The position numbers and the translations under genes were made by a program. DNA of 63,881 nt, the filler included, from Sphaeroforma arctica JP610 (taxonomy: Eukaryota): the NCBI RefSeq assembly GCF_001186125.1. It is 6 parts of 3 records of this genome, joined end to end, with 100 filler letters (N's around TTAATTAATTAA, not from the genome) between each part and the next. Parts side by side here need not be neighbours in the genome. Positions count along the whole stretch, not along the records: positions 19,820 to 43,793 come from NW_014040536.1; 5 more parts are not named here. One strand, given 5' to 3'. Of this stretch, positions 23,920-37,818 are shown piece after piece (position 1 is the stretch's first letter; each line of letters starts with the position of its first letter). The notes under the pieces are model-generated. The model saw nothing but the letters and a program-made list of their open reading frames with translations. It was not told where the DNA came from and did not search any database.

Positions 23920-25743
23920 TTAGGCTTCCGCCATATCAGTTGGGATGAAATAGTCGCCTTCAGATTTAACGCTCACAGTGCCATGATCATTTCTATGGTA
24001 GTTTTGATCGTCCTTCCGTACCGACACCTCCTCTTTGATAGCTTCTTCCATTTGGGGTGATTGTGATTTTGACCCGCTCCAACTTCGAGAGCTAAATGTG
24101 TTCTCCATCGTTAGGCTAGGCGTGGTCGCGCTTGATGAGATAAGGCTGCATTTTAAATCGTGTCAATAAGCCGAGTTGCGCATAAGGCATAATTTGCTCA
24201 GAGTCTGACGTCTCGAAAAAATCAAATAATGTATATCATGAATCACTATAGTACGGCACGCGAAAGTGGAAATCAAACTTACGCATAGCGGGTGTTTTCC
24301 TGTGGCTGCGCAGCTGGAATGGTGATGGGGGATGTCTGATTGCAAAATTCTTCTTCTGTACTATTGCGATGTTCGAAATTGGTGTTATCCCAATAATCTT
24401 CGTCCATTTCAGGTTCCTCGCATATACTGAAGCGATGTAGTCGACGATCGGAGACGCCATCAACGCCCTCCATTTGTTCAAGACTCACTGCATCGGAATG
24501 ACTGTAATACCGTTTTGCCCCCGGACGTGGACCAAGAGGCCTGTCTTCTGGCAATCTGACGTACACACCCTTCTCCTCTAGTGCCGATACAAGCTGCTGT
24601 CGATGCTGTCGTTGTAGCTCCAGATCTTGCAGCTGAAAGTTCCAAAAAATGAATAATTAATTCACAACAACCATACTGAGTTATGATCGATAATCCAGTA
24701 AGGAATGATTATCATACAAGAATGCGCGATCACCGCTCGTTTTTTATATCTGAGCCCATTGGAATCATGTGATAGATAACAACACCACCGCTAGATTGAA
24801 CTCAGCTGAAAAACATAATACACATTGTGGTAAAAATAGTACTTACGTACTCCCATCAAGATGTAGTTACAAGGCGTTTCAGTACATGGACAAGTCATTG
24901 CTGGAATTTTGAGAATTGAACAAGCAGACAAGAAGACATAAAATAGCCAGTATGAGCATAGCTGCGAGTCTGAAAAGATATTAAATGACTTACTACTGAA
25001 TAATGTACTGTTCTTAATTGAACTATGTGTTCTGCAGCCTGTTCGAGAATGGCAACTGTCGACAACTTCTGATCCACCTTCGAGGGTAACGCGGCTTGTA
25101 ACGAGCTAAAACACGATTTTAGTTGCGCACGCCGATTCTTTTCGAGAAGATTATGTGTTTCCCTACTTTTCACTGTCCTCTTGTATCCTGCTATTGATGT
25201 GTAAATTATGAGTATAGAATATTTGATACTAACCCCAAGTATCGACAGAAGATGATAATAGTGATGGACGTCGTACATCGCCATTGAACTTGACATGATG
25301 CAAAATATGTATAAAAACGAAAAAAGAGTATCTTTCTACCAATGGGAGGTGTGAAGTACCTACTAAGGATGCTAATAATGTCCAGAATCACTCAAACCAA
25401 ATTTAGCACGCGACATACCTGTGAGTGATTTATACATCGTCGGACGGAGCCCATAATCATATTCAGAATCAATTGAAGAGATTGAATACCGACTTCTCTC
25501 GAAATGTGCCCGATTGTCTCCAACTGTAAGAGTACATTATAATTGACTCGCTCATTAGGAGTTCTCATTGCAATTAGGGCATTGGAAACCTACGAACTAT
25601 ACAAGAGGATACGATCTACATGTTCAAAGTGACGGAGGCGTCGTAAATAGAATTAAATACAAAACAAGCAAACCCTTACTTTCGCCAGCTCCCCTTTCAA
25701 TTATCTCTGCCGCCAAGAGCAAACCATCGATTGGAGACGTCAT
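23920..25743 (-). CDS. Mad/Mxi/Mnt-family bHLH-ZIP transcriptional repressor
   Basis: Phase-consistent exons 25743-25680, 25523-25419, 25187-25009, 24632-24283, 24145-23920. N-terminal MTSPIDGLLLAAEIIER (SID-like); basic region RETHNLLEKNRRAQLKSCF; zipper. Probable 5'UTR intron 25763-27332. Confidence 0.88.
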
Positions 25744-25844
25744 CGTTGAACCGGGTGGAGGTCTAGATTCGCAATGCACGTAATGAGTGTGCCAATTACA
25801 TTTCTAAGTTAATAAAAAGCTAAGTAGCGCACGAAGTAATGCAT

Positions 25845-26640
25845 GTGTGGCTAACTGGTGAGCCTAAGAAAATGAGAGATGAGTGCGTTTACATATTGAC
25901 TACTCTAACCTCAAGCCTTTAAATAGAAATGTAAACAGTCGTCACATTCAAATTGCCTATATAGACGTGTACATTCACTTCAAAAACGGACAGAGTTCAT
26001 ACAACAGTTGCAAATACGTTGGTGAAACACAATCGTAACTATACCCTGGTGAAAGGAACGATAACAACTCCAACAGGCACAAAACTACAGCAAACCCCTT
26101 TGGTACAAAATCACAACATGCAACAAAATATAAAATAAAACACTCATTAGTTTCAGCCCTGGACGAAATTTAATGTAGTCAATGTGTATACTGAGGACGC
26201 TTAAGTCTTATTGAACCCCCGATATATTTTGTCTTATAGAAAGTCGTAAAAATATGAAAAACTACACAGGTGTGGCTGATTGGTGAGCCCAAAAAAATAG
26301 GATATGAGAGCGCTTACACACTTAACTTCTCTTACACACTTAACTTCTCTGACCTCAAGCCCTTGAACAAAAATCTATGCAACCCCCATATTCAGAGTAC
26401 CCAATACACGCGTACAGTCACTTCAAAATCGGACAGAGTTCACCACAACATTTGTAAATTGGCTGGTGAAACACAGCCATAACCATAAAATTCAAAACCT
26501 AATGAAAGCACGATAGCAACTTCACAGGCACAAAATTACAGCCCAAAAACCCCCTTATAAGAGTCACATTAAAATCCAGTGTAACCACTGTAGCCAGTAT
26601 GTATAATAAGGGACGATTAAGTCTGGCAATTCAAACCTCT
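25845..26640. repeat. diverged approx. 420-bp tandem duplication in the probable 5'UTR intron
   Basis: 25845-26220 aligns by eye with 26270-26640 (TGTGGCT..TGGTGAGCC, CCTCAAGCC, CACTTCAAAA..GGACAGAGTTCA, TGGTGAAACACA, CAGGCACAAAA). Confidence 0.85.
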
Positions 26641-28734
26641 ATATACTCGTTCTTTTATAATCTCACAAGTCCTGGGCGCGCACCCAACCCCGATCGCAGA
26701 ATCAAGGTCAGCAGGTTCAATGCCAGCGACATCCATAAAGCTACAGTGGCGTTGAAGATTGATCGCGAACTAAACTAGTTGTTACGGTATGCAGCAAAGA
26801 AAAATGTATACACAATACCGACTAGTCGAATCACCCAACTCCGAGCATGTGTATGCATGATACATATTGGACATACAATCCAGATATAGCACTTTAAAAT
26901 ACGCATACATACATACAGGTATGAATTTAGTTGTTGTGAAGTGAAACAATAAGGCACAGAACAAAGCCAGCAATATATCCTCTGGCCGTGAATCTTGTTT
27001 TGAGTATCAAACATATGGGAACTTGTCGAATGGGCACGATATCACGTAACTAAGAAAGGGTTATTGTGGGTGCTTAAAAATGGATCCCCACCCAAGTATC
27101 AACGAGCGAAGCAAAAGCTAACGAAAGACACCAGACTGTACAGACGCACTATTATGTAATACCTGTTACGAGAAAAATCTTTACATGTACACAAGAGAAA
27201 GCACCATGACATATCTATTCTGATAGTCGATGACGAATTATAATACGAGAAGTCGGCATTTCAACACCACAGAGTAGCAAATGACACACAGGAAAGCAAC
27301 TAGAAATCAGCACGAACCCCAAGACGACTTACCTGGCGGTTGTTATAAGTTTAAGCCGTAAAGCAGCATCCGAACGTAGTTTGTAGACTTAAGCGTTCTC
27401 ACTTTCGGGTGAGACCAAATTAGAAAGTGTTGCTAACAAGTAAATAGCACGATGATTTGCTTACAGAAGATGCGTGTATGCGTAATTTGATGCTTGGTTT
27501 GTTGTATTTTTTATCTAGATTGTGAAAGCTTTTCACAACGTGTTATTTATGTCTACAGTCGCAAAATAAATAAACCATGACGTCACATATCCAAGGTGAG
27601 GTTTTAGCCCCTGGATGGTTTTCGATAAGGTGACAAGGTTTTTCTCTATAAAAAACTTAGTAGGTTTGGACCAACCGCGTCTACATGGCTGCAGCAACAT
27701 AGCCTTCTTAAAATTAGACATGAAAATGCTTCTCGAGTCTCGACCTCCGTTTCCCATGTCCATGTTATCTAGCTCGAACGCCGCAGTTTTGCCCATGTTC
27801 TAGCTCAAACGGACTTATTATGGTCTATTTCTCAGTAGTGTAACATCAATCGTGACCAAGGTCATAGTATAACAGGTTATGGACCTGAAAACTAAAAGAG
27901 GTTTTCAAATTGGCACTACATACAACCTGCTGACCATCTTATCGACCACCTATCGACGATTTGTCTACCTAGTATTTAGATTGAACACTCGGCCTCATCT
28001 GTTTTAAGGTTAGTATAGCGAGATAGAAAATACCTGAAATTGTATATACTAGAGTTGTCAGTTAAGTTGTAACTTTTATTGATTTCACGTGTTTTATTTT
28101 TCAAGTTTTAAATATATATAAATATAGTCTGTATTTATATAGAATAGTACATACATAATCATATTTACCCAAAAGCGTCGCCTTTTTAACACATGTATAG
28201 AGAATTCTACAAATTATTTTTTTTTAATTCCTTCTAAATAAATAGCTATCTATAATTTTGCTATCTTATAGTGTAAACTTCGATGGAAATTACTAGGTTT
28301 CAAACTATATTAAACTAAAATACAATTTAGTCAGTTAGGATTTAGCAGTGGTAGCTTGTGTAAGAATGATCGGTACTGCGTCTTGTTAAGAGCCTAAATA
28401 TCCTCGATCACACAGGGCGTACCTCTAGCTGTTCTTTATTGTGTAAACTTCGATGGAAATTACTAGGTTTCAAACTATATTAAACTAAAATACAATTTAG
28501 TCAGTTAGGATTTAGCAGTGGTAGCTTGTGTAAGAAATGATCGGGACTGCCTCTTGTTAAGAGCNNNNNNNNNNNNNNNNNNNNATACATGTATATATGC
28601 ATATATATATATATTATATATGTATGTATGTTATTATATGCATGTATGTGTATAAGTATGTATTTATAAATATCATATATGTATATATGTATATATATAT
28701 ATATATATGTATGTATCTATGTATCTGTATGTAT

Positions 28735-28769
<35 letters not shown>

Positions 28770-28928
28770 ATGTGTGTGTGTGTGTGTTTGTTTAATACGT
28801 ATATGTATATGTAAACGTATATATAAATATATATATATGTGTGTGTGTGTTTATCTTCTATAAAAATTGCACATAAAGTGCGCACCAAAAGTCTCACAAC
28901 TTTTTGCATTGCGCTGTTCCATTCTTAG

Positions 28929-31900
28929 GCGCAACGACGTCTGGAAAAGGAGAACAAACGCAAGCAGAAAATGGCCATGAAAATCACGGAAACGGCGGGT
29001 ATGATTCCTTGTTTTATTCGTGATGCTATTCGTGATGCTATTAATTGTGGTATGTGTACACTGTCACGAATTGTATCTCGTCTAAATTATGCAACACGTG
29101 ATGTTGTTGTGCAACACCTTAATCGCTGTGTACCTTGCCTCCTGTGTTGAATCTTGGCACTGATAATCGCCTGCTACACTTGCCTCGTTTGTAGAGTATG
29201 CAATACGTGCAATCAAATTTGTTCTGGAATCACAGGCTTTCGGGGTTTTTGCGAAACGCCTGAATTGAGTGGTACTCAGTTCACGGGCACGTGTGTGGCA
29301 ACTTTTGATGCAAGTTTATGAATTGAATGTCACAAAGCCGTGTGTGGCATCTTTTGATGTAAGTTTATGAATTGAATGTCACAAAGCCGTGTGTTCCACT
29401 CTGAAAGTCTGTTTCCCTGCAAATATGTAGAGGAGAAGCGGGCTCGTCGCCTCGCAAAGAAAGAAATGAAAGAGCAAGGTCGGAGACGCAATATGGGATG
29501 GGATGACGAGCACGCGGGCTATACCAATACTGACAATCCATTTGGCGATTCTCGACTATTGGAAAAATTTACATGGGGAAAGAAGGTAGGTTTTAGAGTG
29601 ACTGAATTAGCTTTCACAGCTCCACTTCGCGTTGAGTGATGTTCTAAATTTCACATAGTGGTGGTTTTGCAGCACTTGTGTATCTTGATGCGTTTATGCT
29701 CAAAATTATAGAGTTAACATGCATGTGTTTTTGAAGGCGCTCGTAACTTACTTTTGATAGGTTGGGGGGAAGCACCAATTGGTCCAATTCAAATTTACCT
29801 TGCCAAATCGAACTCAAATTCTTTACAGTTGAAGATAGGTTGCTAATCTCTTACTAACGCATGGTATCTGTATATTGACCGACTGACAGATGGAGAAGGA
29901 CTCTCAAATGAAGGGTCTAACAGCCGAAGAGATCATGGCATCGGACGCAAGGCGTTTAGAGGAGAACAAGCATGAGCTTGCAAAGGTCAAAGAAAGGCGT
30001 ATACAGAGAGAGAAAGATATCGAGGATCGCGAGAAACTAAGAGAACTGGAGGCCAGAGAAGCTATGTCCAGTGAGCTAGACCACTATGCGGAAAAGGTTT
30101 TCAATCGCTTTTGGTCTATGTAACGTTGATGAAGAGTATACACAATTTGTATAGTGTACCTTCTGCTGTGGCATCACCGCACAATTTAGCGATTTGTCGG
30201 TGCATATGTTTGATAGCCTGCACAAATTGTTACCGTTCTGCCTTTAATTATTTAGCGGTGCCCGCTGGAGTACACTTGACTTTTTGCTGTTCGTATCACC
30301 ATCGTTATATATATAGTTTGCTAATGTACACGCGCCGGGACACACTTTCAGGAAGAGGAGTTCTATGTGGAGCAGGCCAAGATGCGGAGTATGATCAGGA
30401 TAGAAAGCGGCAGACCCAAGCCGATAGATTTGCTGGTAAAGTATATAACTGTGGATATCGATAGTGATGAGGCGACCATTGCTGAACCATATTTAGTGTT
30501 CCAGGTAAGATTCTGTGCGCGTAGTGATTTGGGAGTATTTTGCGGCTCTTAAAATAAGTCTGCCTTGCCCAAGAAATCTTTTCCAATATACCGAATTTGG
30601 AACCTAGTAGTTTTGACTGTCTAATCGAGGATTATACGTTAGCCTGTTTCCCATATATGCGACAAACCCTATAACCACCGTTTCCATCATAAAAGGACAT
30701 AGATCCTAGTATATAATAGAAAATACGTTTCGTCTTCGATTTTTATGTTGGCTCTTGGCGAGTTTACCGAGCCACATCTTCAATATGCAGGATTTTATCT
30801 TTCTATTATAAATACTGTCGTCGTTGATTTCTGCGTGCATCGTCTTTGTTCTCAAATATCCAAATTTCGTGGGTATTCTATAATCTTCGATGCTCGCATA
30901 ATCTTGGCGTGCCTGTATCCTGAGCGGTGTACTTAAAGGACTGTTATGTACCTCTAGGGTTTGAGCTTGAAAGACTTGGACGATTTGGATGCCGACATAG
31001 AAGTGTATCTTGGCATCGGCAATGATATCGATTTCTGGAGGGATATGTTGGTTCTGTGCAAGTATGAGATGGACACTCTGGCACAAAAGCAAAGTATGGC
31101 TGAATATTGTGACTTGAAAATCCGGCACACCTTCGACATGATTACGCAACCCGCATTGTTCCTTTGAGAGATGTTCGACATGTGTCTTTACCTTATATTG
31201 ATTGTGAATACTCACTTATAATATTTTATTCGATTCCGATGGCGTTTTAATACTATACAAATTGTGAAAACGGAAGTAATTTGAACGTCTCACTGGGTAA
31301 TCGGTATTTTGCGTATTATTGGCGGAGGGAATCAATTCAGACCTTTGTATTACTATACAAACTGTAAAAATGGAAGTAGTTTCGATGATTCACGTGAGGT
31401 AAACGATATTTTGTTTGTTATTTGCAGAGGGAAGCAATATCAACGATTCTGTGCGCCAGGAAATCATGAAAGTGATGTCGGGTAAGAGTCTACGAGAACT
31501 TAAACAACTGGAAACGCAAATCGCACAGAAACTCTCTCAGGGTGGAGTGGTGGATGTTGCGTTTTGGGAATCGTTAAGAGAGCATCTTGACGTTTACAAG
31601 GCCAAGGTATGTATACTAATGCAGCGGCATCTCGCTATCGCTTACTTGCGTACTACTCCTTTACCTTGCATTTGAGCCCACGGTCAATGCTGGGAATACA
31701 TTTACAATCACACAACTTGCTCGAGTGCTGGTACCGTCTTCTAACGTATATTTTGCTCTCCCAATGCGCCGAACATCGTACTGTATAGACCCATTCGTGA
31801 TTGTGAGAGTCCGTTCCGAAACTTCGGCATGCGTTAACTTTCTGTGAATGACCTATTTCTACATCCAGGCACGTCTGGCGGAGATGCATGCCACAGTACT

Positions 31901-34057
31901 AGCGAAGAAGCTAGATCGTCTGCAAAGCATGGGACAGGATGGCGCTGAATTGATAGCCAGCAACGCGCCAGAGGAAGCGCCACCAGCCGAAAATGACGAG
32001 TGCGTACTGTGTTTGATTATTGTGCAGCAATCTAAAACTTGTCTTATATACGAACCATCATGAGCAAACTACATATGATCTCGTTTTAACCCTCGAAAGC
32101 ACATAGCGTCCTAACGTAGATGTTCATCCTATGCTTATGAAGAACCATTTGCCGCATATACTTGTACTTTACTCTACGTCCCAAGACCGCTGATTGATCA
32201 TTAGCGGCACGTTCTAGCCAAATTCCAGCTCAATTGTTTGTACTCTGTCTCCTTAGGGACCTATTGGGTGACGAAGAAGCAGAAGATGAGGAAGAACCAG
32301 GAGTGGTATATGGACCCGAAGTCGAAGGTATATACAGTTTACCTGTGACCGATGATGAGCAAGACGCGATTGATCCTGAAACGGAAGAGGAAGCGTGGGA
32401 GAAGGTATGAGAGAATTACATGTGCATTCGACTATGTTGGCATCAATAGTCCGCGTCGAATTGGGCTGCCTTATAATCCACTCACGACTTAGTGCTATTC
32501 CCTATCCACACAATGTTTGATGCATGACTATATGTCTCCTTGATACGATCCTGTCACCAGCTGCCGTGTTATATATTTTTTAAGGAACTATCTTAGTAGT
32601 ATGCGGTCGGATGATTGGTGATACGTTTATACTGAATGTGTTGTTCAATCGGTATCTCACGCAGGAGAGACACAAACAAATGGCAATTCGCCTTGGTATT
32701 CGACTTGAGGAAGAGGCCGTTGCTGGTGAGGTTCCTTCAGGTGGTAAGTGCCATATCGCATTTGTATAAAGAATTTGTACTAGTTTCGTAGCAAATGTAT
32801 AGTTTGCCCGAAGAATACGCTTCTGGTTATCTCTTAAAATTCTGCTCAGTGATTATCTTTTACATGTAGTTAGTGTTTTAAGTTGTGAGACGTACACTCA
32901 ATTATCTTGAACTGGTGATCTTGTTAAGCTATGTGCAACCGGTTCGTTTAAACCCCTACATTCGTGCAGACCCGCTCTTTTTACCTCCTTTTTTTGTATA
33001 AGCTAACCAGGGCAAGCGATCATCGATTTACAACCGAACTGTGTAGTCTTTCTGTAGCCACTGTTGTTTTTCTCCACCCTAAATCATTTATATTTAATTT
33101 TTGCTTCTAGACGCTCAAAAAGCACCAGAAACTGATGAATTCATGAAGACGAGCACGCACGTGGAAGAGGGCGATCTCATTTTCAACGCTGAGATGCCGA
33201 TCAGTGGCGAAACATACGACTGGAGCGACAAGTATAGGCCACGCAAGCCGAGGTTTTTCTCCCGTGTACATACTGGTTTCGAATGGAACAAGTACAATCA
33301 AACGCACTACGACTCTAGAGAGAATCCACCCCCTAAGATTGTCCAGGGCTACAAGTTCAACGTATGGAATTGCAAATGGTCATATCGATGACTCGTGTAG
33401 TCTCGTGTGGTAACTTTTGATATCGCTTTTTACATTCCATCTTCATAGTAAGTGGCCTTCCTCTCCAATCTCCCACCACGCCCCCGCTCTCCACCACGCA
33501 CGCACACGCACAGACATTTTACACTCTGCGACGAGTTCCTTTCATATTTATACTGCCCACCTCAAACTCTACTCTCAGGTGTTCTATCCGGATCTACTGG
33601 ATCGATCCAAGGCTCCAACATACAAGTTGATACCTATCCCAGACGAGCCAGATTTTTGTATCATCCGCTTCTCGGCCGGGCCGCCATACGAGGTATGTTG
33701 TTCGAAAGCAATTTTGGATTGCAATGGCCTGTATAGTTTTTCATCCGCTGAACTGTTTCTGTTGGTGTTTATTATATGATGGGCTTCGCTGATTTATTGC
33801 CCTGGCCTTTTTTGATTATTTGCGGGGCATCGGAAGGAATTCCAAGTCGCGACTGCTGCTTAGTGATGAAAACGTGTTGCAACGAGAACTTCGCGTCTTT
33901 CGTTCTAAATCTTCTTGTATTTGGCTTGCAGGATATAGCCTTCAAGGTCGTCAAAAGAGAGTGGGAGTATTCGCATAAGCGAGGTTTTAAATGTCAATTT
34001 GACCGCGGCATCTTTCAAGTTTGGTTCCACTTCAGGCGCAACCGTTACAGAAAATAG
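28929..34057 (+). CDS. CACTIN: cactin (spliceosomal factor), 5'-partial, about 12 exons
   Basis: EEKRARRLAKK, GYTNTDNPFGD..F.WGKK, QAKMRSMIRIESGRPKPIDLL, WSDKYRPRKPRFFSRVHTGFEWNKYNQTHYD..NPPPKIVQGYKFN, FSAGPPYEDIAFKVV.REWEYS..FRRNRYRK-stop. Confidence 0.97.
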
Positions 34058-34597
34058 AAACCTACAATTCGTCGTTCTGTGCGCTGATTTATTTATTTAT
34101 TTTAAATCTTGCGTCACGTTACATTGACTTGGAAGCGATGAGTAGAACCTCCGACTTATAAATTTGGTTCATTTGGAATGACCTCGCATCTTCAAACAGC
34201 CTCAATAAAGAACCAACAAATTCAAGCCAATTGTCTGCACAGCGTGGCGTGTACTGTTCGTTTATTATGTGAGGCAAGTATTTTAGTATTGTCACTCGCA
34301 TTATGTAGCTTAGCATGGCAAGTTATTATAATGTAGATCATTTATTAAAAAAAGCTAATATCGCGTTCCTTGAGGCTGGACAGTGGACTCTGGAGGCTGA
34401 CCTTGTAAGCGATACTCTTCAAGATACAAAAAAAAAATCCGACAAATCAAGAGTTTAAAACGCCGAATATGAGATAAAACATAATCATAAAATTAAATAA
34501 TTCTCCAAAAATCCATAGCCTTCTTCACAGATGTGCACACGTCAATTTTCAGCCACATCACATAAAACAACGCCATGTACATGGCAGCTACGCAATC

Positions 34598-37385
34598 ATG
34601 AGTGGCAAAGTAACTTTTCCAGTGTTCTCCTTGACATTAGAGGAGGTCGATGAGCTGACTGTGGAAACGACGGTCCGAGAGAGTGACTCGTCGCGTGTCG
34701 AGACAGATAACTCTATAGCACAGCAGGACAGAGATCTGTTCATGCCTACGGCTGGTAATACTGTGGGATTGAGTTGTGCCCTGTGTGGGATTGTCGAGTT
34801 CGAAGATGTGGAGCAACAACGAGAGCATTTTAAGCTAGACTGGCACCGTGTGAATGTAAAGCGTCGGTTGAAGGGTCTAGAATACGTCACGGAGGAGAAG
34901 TTCGAGGCCACATTGGACGACCTCTCCAGTATATCTGGATCGGGTTCTGATACAGATGACGATGTCGTGGAGATTGACGGCGGTGGGAATTCTGCATGCG
35001 TGGGAACTAACAACACACTCGCCCGACCTGCGAAAAAATCAGGTGTTGTACTGGCCAATGAAGGCAAATGGGTTATAACACGATTCTACACGCCTAGAGA
35101 GACATCGTATAGCGTCTATACACCCCTGTTGACAATCAAGACAAAGGGTGAGGCTACTCAGAAGGAGTTGCTGGACGGCTTAAGAGCACTTGCCAAACAG
35201 CCAGGACGATCACTCGCACACGCACCGTCTGATACACCTGACACAGTACTTTACAAGCCCACCAACCAGACATGGGCTGTGCTACTGTGCTCGGGGGGCC
35301 ATTTTGCAGCGGGTGTATTCGATGCTCTCCACTTACGTGTGCACAAGTCATTCCATCGCTATGTTGTGCGTAAAAAGCAAGGTGGAATGCAGTCTGTGCG
35401 TGATGGTACATCGGGAACGTCTGCGCCAAAGTCAGCGGGAGCGAACCTGCGGCGACAGCAAGAGGCAATGTTGCAGGAAGATGTGTGCACTCTATTAACC
35501 GACACATGGAAGGAGTGTATAGCGGAGTGCTCTCTTGTGTTTGTGTGGGCTCCGAATGCGAATGAAAAGTTTATATATGGATCGGGGGGCAAGGTGAGTG
35601 CGAAGTGTCTGAAGAAGTCTGATCCACGAGTACGAAGGGTTCCCTTTCGTGTGCGTAGGCCCACGCTGGCGGAGACAAAGCGTGTGCACAAGAGTTTATG
35701 CACTGTAGTGCAGACTGTGGTGGAAAAGACTAATAGCATGGACGGTAGTACAGCTGGTACGACGCCCAATGGGAATCATCAGTCACTCACAGCGCAGGAC
35801 CTTCGTCTGCTGGAAAATGAAACCAAAACAATCTCACTGAGTGCAGCGAGTAATTCACCCGGCAATGGTTCCTCCACAGCCGCCACATCCATGATTGCAC
35901 ACGATAGCATGAGCTTAATGAGTCACACTTCATCGTTTGGCAGTCCTATGGTGTCTGCATCACCGTTTCTGCTGGGTATCGATTTGGATATCCGGAAAGA
36001 GCTATCAAAGGAGCACGTACAACTATTCCAGGTGTGTGAGAAGGGCGAAATGAAAGAGTTAGAAATACTCCTTCGGGAAGAGAGTGCGAATCAAAATGAA
36101 ATCCAAGATTTCGATCTGAATACTGTAGACCTCGACTTCAACACTTGCTTACATTTAGCAAGTAAAGGATCGCACCCAAATATTGTATGGACATTACTGC
36201 AGAATGGCGCAGATCCCACTGTACAGAACGCACGAGGGTCTACTGCATACATGCTGGCAAAGGATAAGGCCACCCGCGATATGTTCAGAAGGTTCATGGC
36301 TCTGGACGAGACGAGGTGGGACTATAATAAGGCAGGCGTGCCCAGTGCGCTGACTGAAGATATGGAGACTGCACAGGCAGAGAAGGAGCAGATTAAGAAA
36401 GCAAAGCAAAGAGAGAAGAAGAAACAGTTGGCGAAGAAGAAGAAGGAGCGCGACAGAGAGAAGGCTCTTTCAAAGGAGGCTGCCGACAAGGCTCAGGAAG
36501 AGCAGGACAGAATAGAGGCTGCGAAAGATGCCGAACGGAAAAGGATAGCCAATCTCAGCGACCGCGAGAGGCGTGCGTTGGCGGCGGAGGCAAGGATGAA
36601 GAAAGCCCCAGGCCAAAGTGCAGGGGGTATTCCGACGGGCGAGACGTGCTCGAATGACCATTGCAATACTGCGCTGATGCGGGGATCAGAGTATGAGCGT
36701 CTGAAGTATAAGTACTGCAGTGTCACGTGTGTTTCAGGTATGTCTGACGTATGTGGAGGTTGTGCACCGGGTATCCTTTTCTTGGTACAATCTTATGAAT
36801 GTATTCTATAGCAGTCAAAGCTCTTGTACATCTTGTGATCGTACGCTAAGGTGATGTTGAAAGTGAGTCCGACACATGTGAGTGCTCTTTTTGACAATAT
36901 GCTTATCAAATTGTACATTCGCATGTGATGTTTTGGGATCCTATATCGCCACCGTGTACCTACAACCTATGGGGATATTGTTCGCTCTAGAAGTGTGACT
37001 TGTTAATAGCCCGCCCTACCGCATGTGTTCTACATACATAGATTCGGATATTTACGATTATTGTACTATCTATCTGGAAAGCAGTTTGCGAGAAAAAAAA
37101 ATAGTGTGTTTGTGCGCTGATTCTCATACATGTGTGATTGCGACTGTGCGATCACAAATTAGCCTGAATGTACCGTCCCTGTTTGTACGTAAATTGTGGC
37201 ATGATCACTTGTCGCAATTGTTGGCTGTTACAACGCACAGGGTATGCGTTCTTGTATCATCATCGCTTAGCAAAAGAACTTTTGTATAAATACTTGTACG
37301 CTGATAATTTCTACATTTTCAAAATGCGGCATCTCACACACATTTTCAATCTTACACAGAGCATCGTAAAAAGTTAGAGGCCTAG
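34598..37385 (+). CDS. ANKZF1: ANKZF1/Vms1 ribosome-quality-control factor
   Basis: Exons 34598-36737 and 37360-37385. C2H2 finger (CALC..QREHFKLDWHRVNVKR), VLRF1 domain (GGHFAAGVF, HKSFHRYVVRKKQGGMQS, SAGANLRR), ankyrin repeats, coiled coil, RERRALAAEAR motif, C-terminal Cys cluster ending CSVTCVSEHRKK. Confidence 0.95.
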
Positions 37386-37818
37386 ACAAGCGCATGGGCT
37401 GCTCCCGGTGTACTCGAGGGGTGGTTCAAACCTTTGTTGCGATGGCATGGGATGGTGGTATTTTCGAAGCTCAGTCTTGATGCTGGCTAAGAGATGGTTC
37501 TATTAGTCTGAAGTCGTATGTAGTATGGTTAAGCTGTGTGTGAAACTTGGCTTGTCTCGCCATCTTGCCAACTCCGCCACACATTATTTTGCTGAGAGTA
37601 ATCCAATTAAAGAATGTAAAATATTCTCGCGTGCAGGCGAGATGTTTTAATATAGCGATTATTTGAATCAGGCAGAAGTTTCAGTAGTATGGTGATGCCT
37701 TGCAAGGGAAGGCATCAAGGGTATTAAATGTTGACCATAACACTCGAGACTGGCGTTAAGGCTTACCAAAGCAGTTTAACGCTCATTTATAGATTGCATC
37801 GAATAATCCTCTGGGACT

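Noticed and set aside
28271..28564. Near-identical approx. 125-bp direct repeat
   Set aside because: Ends exactly at a gap; most likely a contig-end overlap artefact.
37692..37718. Hairpin TGATGCCTT..AAGGCATCA near the SCLY 3' end as a SECIS
   Set aside because: Lacks the ATGA/GA quartet geometry and apical AA spacing; no neighbouring host ORF has an in-frame UGA.
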